A DNA stretch of 64,000 nucleotides, taken from NCBI RefSeq assembly GCF_011386835.1, contig NC_088795.1, positions 90,520,001 to 90,584,000 of the forward strand. Direction: 5' to 3'. Source of the stretch: Chrysemys picta bellii. Taxonomy: Eukaryota. The notes under the pieces are model-generated. The model ran no database searches. It saw only the letters and a program-made list of their open reading frames with translations, and was not told the DNA's origin. The position numbers and the translations under genes were made by a program. How positions within the stretch are numbered: the stretch's first letter is position 1; every line of letters starts with the position of its first letter. Shown piece after piece: positions 58,935 to 64,000 of this stretch.

Positions 58935-61200
58935 GCATTCAAGACAAGAATCTTTGTTGGTGGTTTTTGTGAAAAGGACTTTCTGCTGCGTACATGGGTT
59001 GGATCTGTCTGTCGGTTTAAAGAAGAAAGACTTCCAGAGGGACTACAAACACTTAACCCTTCCTGTGTTTATTTGGCAGATATGCAAATCTCATTCACCC
59101 TCAGATAAACTCTGGCATGCTGGATGATGTACATGCACGCTGACATGTGCCTCAGTAATTTGAGGCAGGAACTCACTCCTGAGTGCTGAGGTGGGACCAG
59201 AGTTGATTGATGAGGTCTATCATAGTCTGAAACCTCTTTTGAGGGAGGTATGTTCATGCTGACTTTTAATTTATTAGTGCCCTATAAACTCTGGGTTGAG
59301 GTCAGAGTCCATTTTTAAACTGTTGACTCTGAGCCTCAGGGTGGAGTATCTTTTGAAGTGAATCTGTCATGTGCTGAAGGGGATTTCCCTCGCACCAGCC
59401 AGTCATACAGGTAGGGAAAAACCTGGATTCCTGGTGACCTAAAATGTGTGACCATCACAGCTAGGACCTTGGTAAATACTTGTGGTGCTGTGGAGAGGCT
59501 GAAAGGTAGAACTCTGTATTGATAATGTTAGGTTCCTACCAGGAGCCACTGATACTTCCTGTGAGCTGGATGCATAGAAATGTGGAAGTAGGTATCTTGG
59601 AGGTTCAAGAACCACAAACCAGACCATGGGGCTCAGAGACGGAGCAATGAATGACGGCACTGAAGATCAAGGATGAGTCTCCACCCTCTGTTCTCTTTGA
59701 GAATAGGAAGTAAGTGGAAACAGAATTGCTTGCCCCTTAATTCCTGAGACACCTCCTCCATTATTCCCACTTGTACCACGGAGTCTTATCTCTTGCTTCA
59801 GTAGATTCTCATCAGAAGGGTCCCTGAAGAGAGATAGGGAGAAAGGTGTTTTTTGATGATCTTAGAGACCCACTGGTCTGGGGTTATCCCTGACCAAGCC
59901 TCCCAGAAAAGGACAGGTGAGTGTCAAAGAAGGGATGAAAAAAGAAGAGTCCACAGATGGTCTGGCACAACTCTTGCCCTGTATATCATGTTTTCTTGAA
60001 GCCCTGGATTGTGGGACAATGAGGAGAAGGCCATCCGCCACAGAAATGCTGTCTCTTCCCCAGGGGCTACAAGGATCACTATTGCAAGTAATAGTGGGGC
60101 TGCTGCCTCTGCCTGTATTGCTGTAGCTATTGTCTTGGAAACTTCCTCTTAGGGGGCAGAACTTATAGGCCCAGGAATCTCACTGAATCCCTTGACTATT
60201 AAGGTATATAGGGTGTTGCTGAGCTCATTGCCCCCATACAGGAGGTCCTCAATAGTAACCTGGACTACATGTGGAATTCCTGATGCTTGTAACTAAAAAG
60301 ATCTCATAGCTACAGCAGTGGCTGTTTATCTGAGAGCTGTATCAACTGTGTCAATTGCTGCTCAGCGTGCTGTCAGGGATGGAAGCTACCATAAGACCTT
60401 TTATTTTATCCAGGTGATCTATGAAGAACTTGTCCATAAAATTATAGAGAGTTTGTCCGATAGCATGAAGCCATATTTGGAAAGTTGCACTTGGTAATTC
60501 ACTATTTTCACTTGGAGGCTTGTGAAGAGTAAGCTTTCTTCCCAAAAACATCAGACCTTTGCCTGGTCTTGCTTGTCTCATGGACTGCCTGAACTACAAC
60601 AATACCTGGAGAGGATGTTGGTAAAAGTACTTGAATCCCTTTTCATGGACCTAATACCTCCTCTGTCTGCCCCCTTTGATGTACTCACAATAGGTTCTGG
60701 TGTGTGCCAGATGAACTTTGCTGGCTTTGGCATGGTGAGTTGTCCCGACAAGAAGGGTTGTATGATATCCAGCAATTTGTGCTGCTTCTCCTGGATGACT
60801 GCCAGGGAGATGTTCAATGTCTCTGCCACGTGACAGAGAAAGTCCTAAAAGACCTTCAGCTCTTCTACCAAGGCAGATGACAGAGGGTTGACCACTTCGT
60901 CTGGCAAAGAGGATGAAATGACTGGGATGGAGTATTTCAAGCAAGTGCTTGTGCCACTGTATTCCTCCTTTCCCTATACCATTTGGGGTTGAGCTGAAAC
61001 AGATGGGAGTTGTTTCTTTGGTATGGAGGATCTGGTTCTGAAAGCCGCAGTTTGAGCCAATTTTTTTTGAGTATGGATTTACTCTTCAAGGGATCAGTAT
61101 GCCATGGTTGGTATGAGTAATGTGGAGGACACACAGGTGATGCCCTATGTGACCCAGATGACCTTCCAGTTACCCTGATAGATCCTGTCAGTGCTTCTTC
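58935..61200 (-). mobile_element. Old DIRS1-like copy F (mid-gag to RT), truncated at both ends
   Basis: AETLNISL..LLDIIQP..FIWHTP; NRGWRLILDL; IQVFPYLYDWLVRG; CLKLLRHMSACMYIIQHAR. Confidence 0.82.
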
Positions 61201-61204
61201 TCCA

Positions 61205-61860
61205 ACTCCCAGTGCACCAGCCAATGAGGTGAGAGGTGGCGCTCAAGGGAAGGGTGGCGCTCCTCAGCTGAAGGGTGAGGGAATCACTGTACACTGCTCC
61301 CCCATCCACCCAACCCCTGTGCATCCAGACCCCCTCATACCCAGACCCTCCCACCAAGCCTCACCCTCCCACACTCAGAACCCCGCAACGAGCCCCAACC
61401 CCCCCCTGCACTTGGACCACCCCTGCATTTGGATCCCTACCCCACTGAGCCCCACTCCCTCAGCATCTGGACCCCCCTTCCAAGCCCTAGTCCCCCCCTA
61501 CATCCAGACCCCCCTTCCAAGCTCTAGTCCCCCCCTACATCCAGAACCCCCCGCCCCCGCTAAGCCCAAACCACCTTCACCTGGACCCTCTGCAGTGTCC
61601 CATTACCGTTGCACCCAGAACCCTCCAAAAAGCCCCTGTGCATCCAGATCCCCCAATGAGCTGCCCGCACCCAGATTGCCCTCTCAACCCATACCTGCAT
61701 GCTCCTACACCAAGCCCCTCAACACTTGGATCCTGCCTTCCCACACTTGGTGCAGCTGGCAACGAGGGGCAGGGCCCTGGGGTGTTTCTGGGGCAGGCCC
61801 AATCCTTGCGCTGTGTCAGAGCTGGGTGCATCAGCATGCCAGGAGTATCAACATGTACCA
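61205..61860. repeat. C-rich non-autonomous element remnant with short imperfect subrepeats (CCCCCTACATCCAGA type)
   Basis: Repeated CCC..CATCCAGA(C/A)CCC units; no TIR confirmed. Confidence 0.4.
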
Positions 61861-61899
61861 TGCCTGCAGCTGAGCTTACCCTGCTTCTGCTTCCAGATG

Positions 61900-64000
61900 T
61901 TGGTCCAGCCTGGTTCCAGATCCTGCTTCTTCCCACTTCCTATCCTGCTCCGGCCTTGTTTCCAAACCTGCTCCTGTTCCCCTCCAGCTTCTGACTTCGA
62001 GCCTCTGCTTTACTTCTGGCTTATGTGTCTAGTTTACCCTCCGGCTCTGGCACTTAGCTACTGTCTCTCTGATACTGATCCTCGCTCCCTCTTCAGCTCT
62101 GCCATTCGGCTTCTGTCCTTCTGACTCTCAGCTTGTTCCTGGACTCTGCTCCCCTGGACCAAGCTCTAACTGATAGGCTGGACTCCCATTTCAACCATTA
62201 GTCCTGACTGCCCAGACCCAGTCAGCTACAGTTTGAACAGCCCAATACATAGGTAAGGCCCACCTCGCCGACAGACCCCACTCAGTCCAATTTTTCGCTG
62301 GTGGAATTGGTGGATGGGCCGTACAGACCTTGCAAACACAAGTGTTCACCCTGCAGGTGTAGAAAACAGCCCTACAAGCCCAGGTTTCACCCTGGCTCCA
62401 GCCTCTCAAGAGCCAAAGGTCCCACTTCCGGACAAGTTTAATGGTGACTGTGGTTTGAGATTTCCTAAATAATGCCAGCTCATCTTCTTGCTACCCCCCA
62501 ATGCGCCTCACAGACCAGGCCTGAGTAGGTCTCAACATTACTCGGAAAGCCTTGGCCTGGACCTCCCGCTCCGTTGGAATAGTCCAGCCCCCTCCTGGCA
62601 TAGGTGAATCAGATCATTCAGGCCGTGATGGTTATCTTCAGTGACCTCCACTGCACCTGAACCTCTGAAACTGTACCAGCTATTTACAGTAGAAGCAGAT
62701 GCCTCCAACTTTGCACTGGGACAGTCCTCTCCCAAATGGCAGCCTCTGATGGTCCGCTTCACCCTTTAGCCTTTTACTTGCGCATGCTCACACCAGTGCT
62801 GCAAAACAATGACATCCTTGATAAAGAGCTACTTGCCATCAAAGTAGCCTTCAAGGAATGACGGCATCTCCTGGAGAATGTCAGGTTCTCAATCGAAGTC
62901 CTCACCGACCACAAGAACCTGGAATTCCTGAAGAAGGCTTGGCACCTAAAACAGTGACAGGCCCACTGGTCCCTCATCTGTATTTGGTTTGACTTCTTGG
63001 TGACCTACTGTCACAGAACCAGGAATGCGAAGAAAGGTGCATTATCCCAGAAGGGGGAGTACTGTGAACTTGACCAAGAGGCTCCATCCATGATCCTCAA
63101 ACTGTCAAATTTTATTTTGAGTACCACTGTCCATAACCTGCTACCCTCGATGGGTTCCCTGCTGCCTAATGATCCCTTCGCAATTCAGATCCACGAAGCC
63201 CTAGACAATGCTACCACCCATACTGCCTTTCTGTATCTTAAGGGGCACATCTACATACCCAATGGTTCACCCAGGCTGCAAGTTCTACAAATCAGTCACG
63301 ATCCTCTTCTGGCAGGTCACTTTGGTCAATTCAAGACCCAAGCCCTCAGTGCCGAGGAGTTTCTGGTGGCTGGCCCTGCACACTTCAACAGCAACTTATA
63401 TCTGGTCCTGTAACCTCTGCGCTCAGACCAAAATCCCACTTGAAACTGCTCTTCAGTCCTTTTCCATTCCACCCCAGTCTTGGGCCATCGTGTTGACGGA
63501 CTTCATCATGGAACATCCGCCCTCCCAAGGATTCTAGTGGTTATTCATCTCCTGACAAAGATAGCACATTTTATACTGTGTCATAGCCACCCCACTGCCC
63601 ACAAAATAGCCCGTCTGTTTGAAGACGATACCTTTCACCTTCATTGATTGCCCTCAAGCATAGTATCCGACCAGGGGTCACAGTTTATTTTGGTGGGAAT
63701 TTATGTGGCTCCTGACCATTGCACTTCGTCCCTCAACTGTTTACTACCTTAGTACCAACAGTCAGGCAGAGAGAGTCAATCAAGTCCTAGAGCAGTATCT
63801 AGGCTGTTTCCTATATTACCACCAGGATTACTGGTTGGCATTCGTTCCCCACCCTGAATTCACCTACAACTACACACACACTGTAACTCAGAAGACCCCC
63901 ACTTCATGAATTATGGGTTCCACCTTTGGCAGCACCCTGAAATCCCCTTGCCTTACCAGTACCAACCATCGCTGACCTCGCTGTGTATGTTAACCAAGTA
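61900..64000 (+). mobile_element. Degenerate Ty3/Gypsy LTR retrotransposon (putative LTR to about 62230, gag remnant, RNase H, integrase), runs off the window
   Basis: EPKVPLPDKFNG gag; VEADASNFALG, LHPLAFY, DILDKELLAIK.AFKE*RHLL, VLTDHKNLEF RNase H; WAIVLTDFI, VSDQGSQF, NSQAERVNQVLEQYL..HQDYWLAF.P..EFTYN integrase. Confidence 0.88.

Noticed and set aside
61229-62124. 214-aa Pro-rich ORF and neighbours
   Set aside because: Low-complexity C-rich repeat and LTR sequence.

Overview
Vertebrate genomic DNA, probably turtle, judged from the repeat families: tRNA-derived SINE with a CR1 tail, CR1, DIRS1-like elements, Penelope LTR pieces, and Harbinger, hAT and Tigger-type MITEs. The only host gene I can support is the 3' half of CEP135 on the minus strand. 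I reconstructed 13 GT-AG coding exons from 56539 down to 13923 (1710 nt, 569 aa plus stop, all phases compatible); upstream exons lie beyond the window. The protein ends in a 22-nt coding micro-exon giving ...AEKNVSFKE*, which matches the PP1-docking RVxF consensus. The rest is mostly transposable elements. Six DIRS1-like tyrosine-recombinase retroelements all lie on the minus strand. One is full-length (44657-50633) with ITRs, ICR, gag, RT/RNaseH/methyltransferase-like and YR regions, and sits in a three-level nest. A separate four-level nest lies at 40011-41476. Three ~120-130 bp Penelope-derived inserts begin at a minimal hammerhead ribozyme motif. An unusual 3'-truncated CR1 keeps an intact ORF1 and endonuclease frame. 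A Ty3/Gypsy remnant runs off the right end, and there is a 146-N gap. No homology searches were run; family calls rest on motifs read by eye and on recalled sequences.
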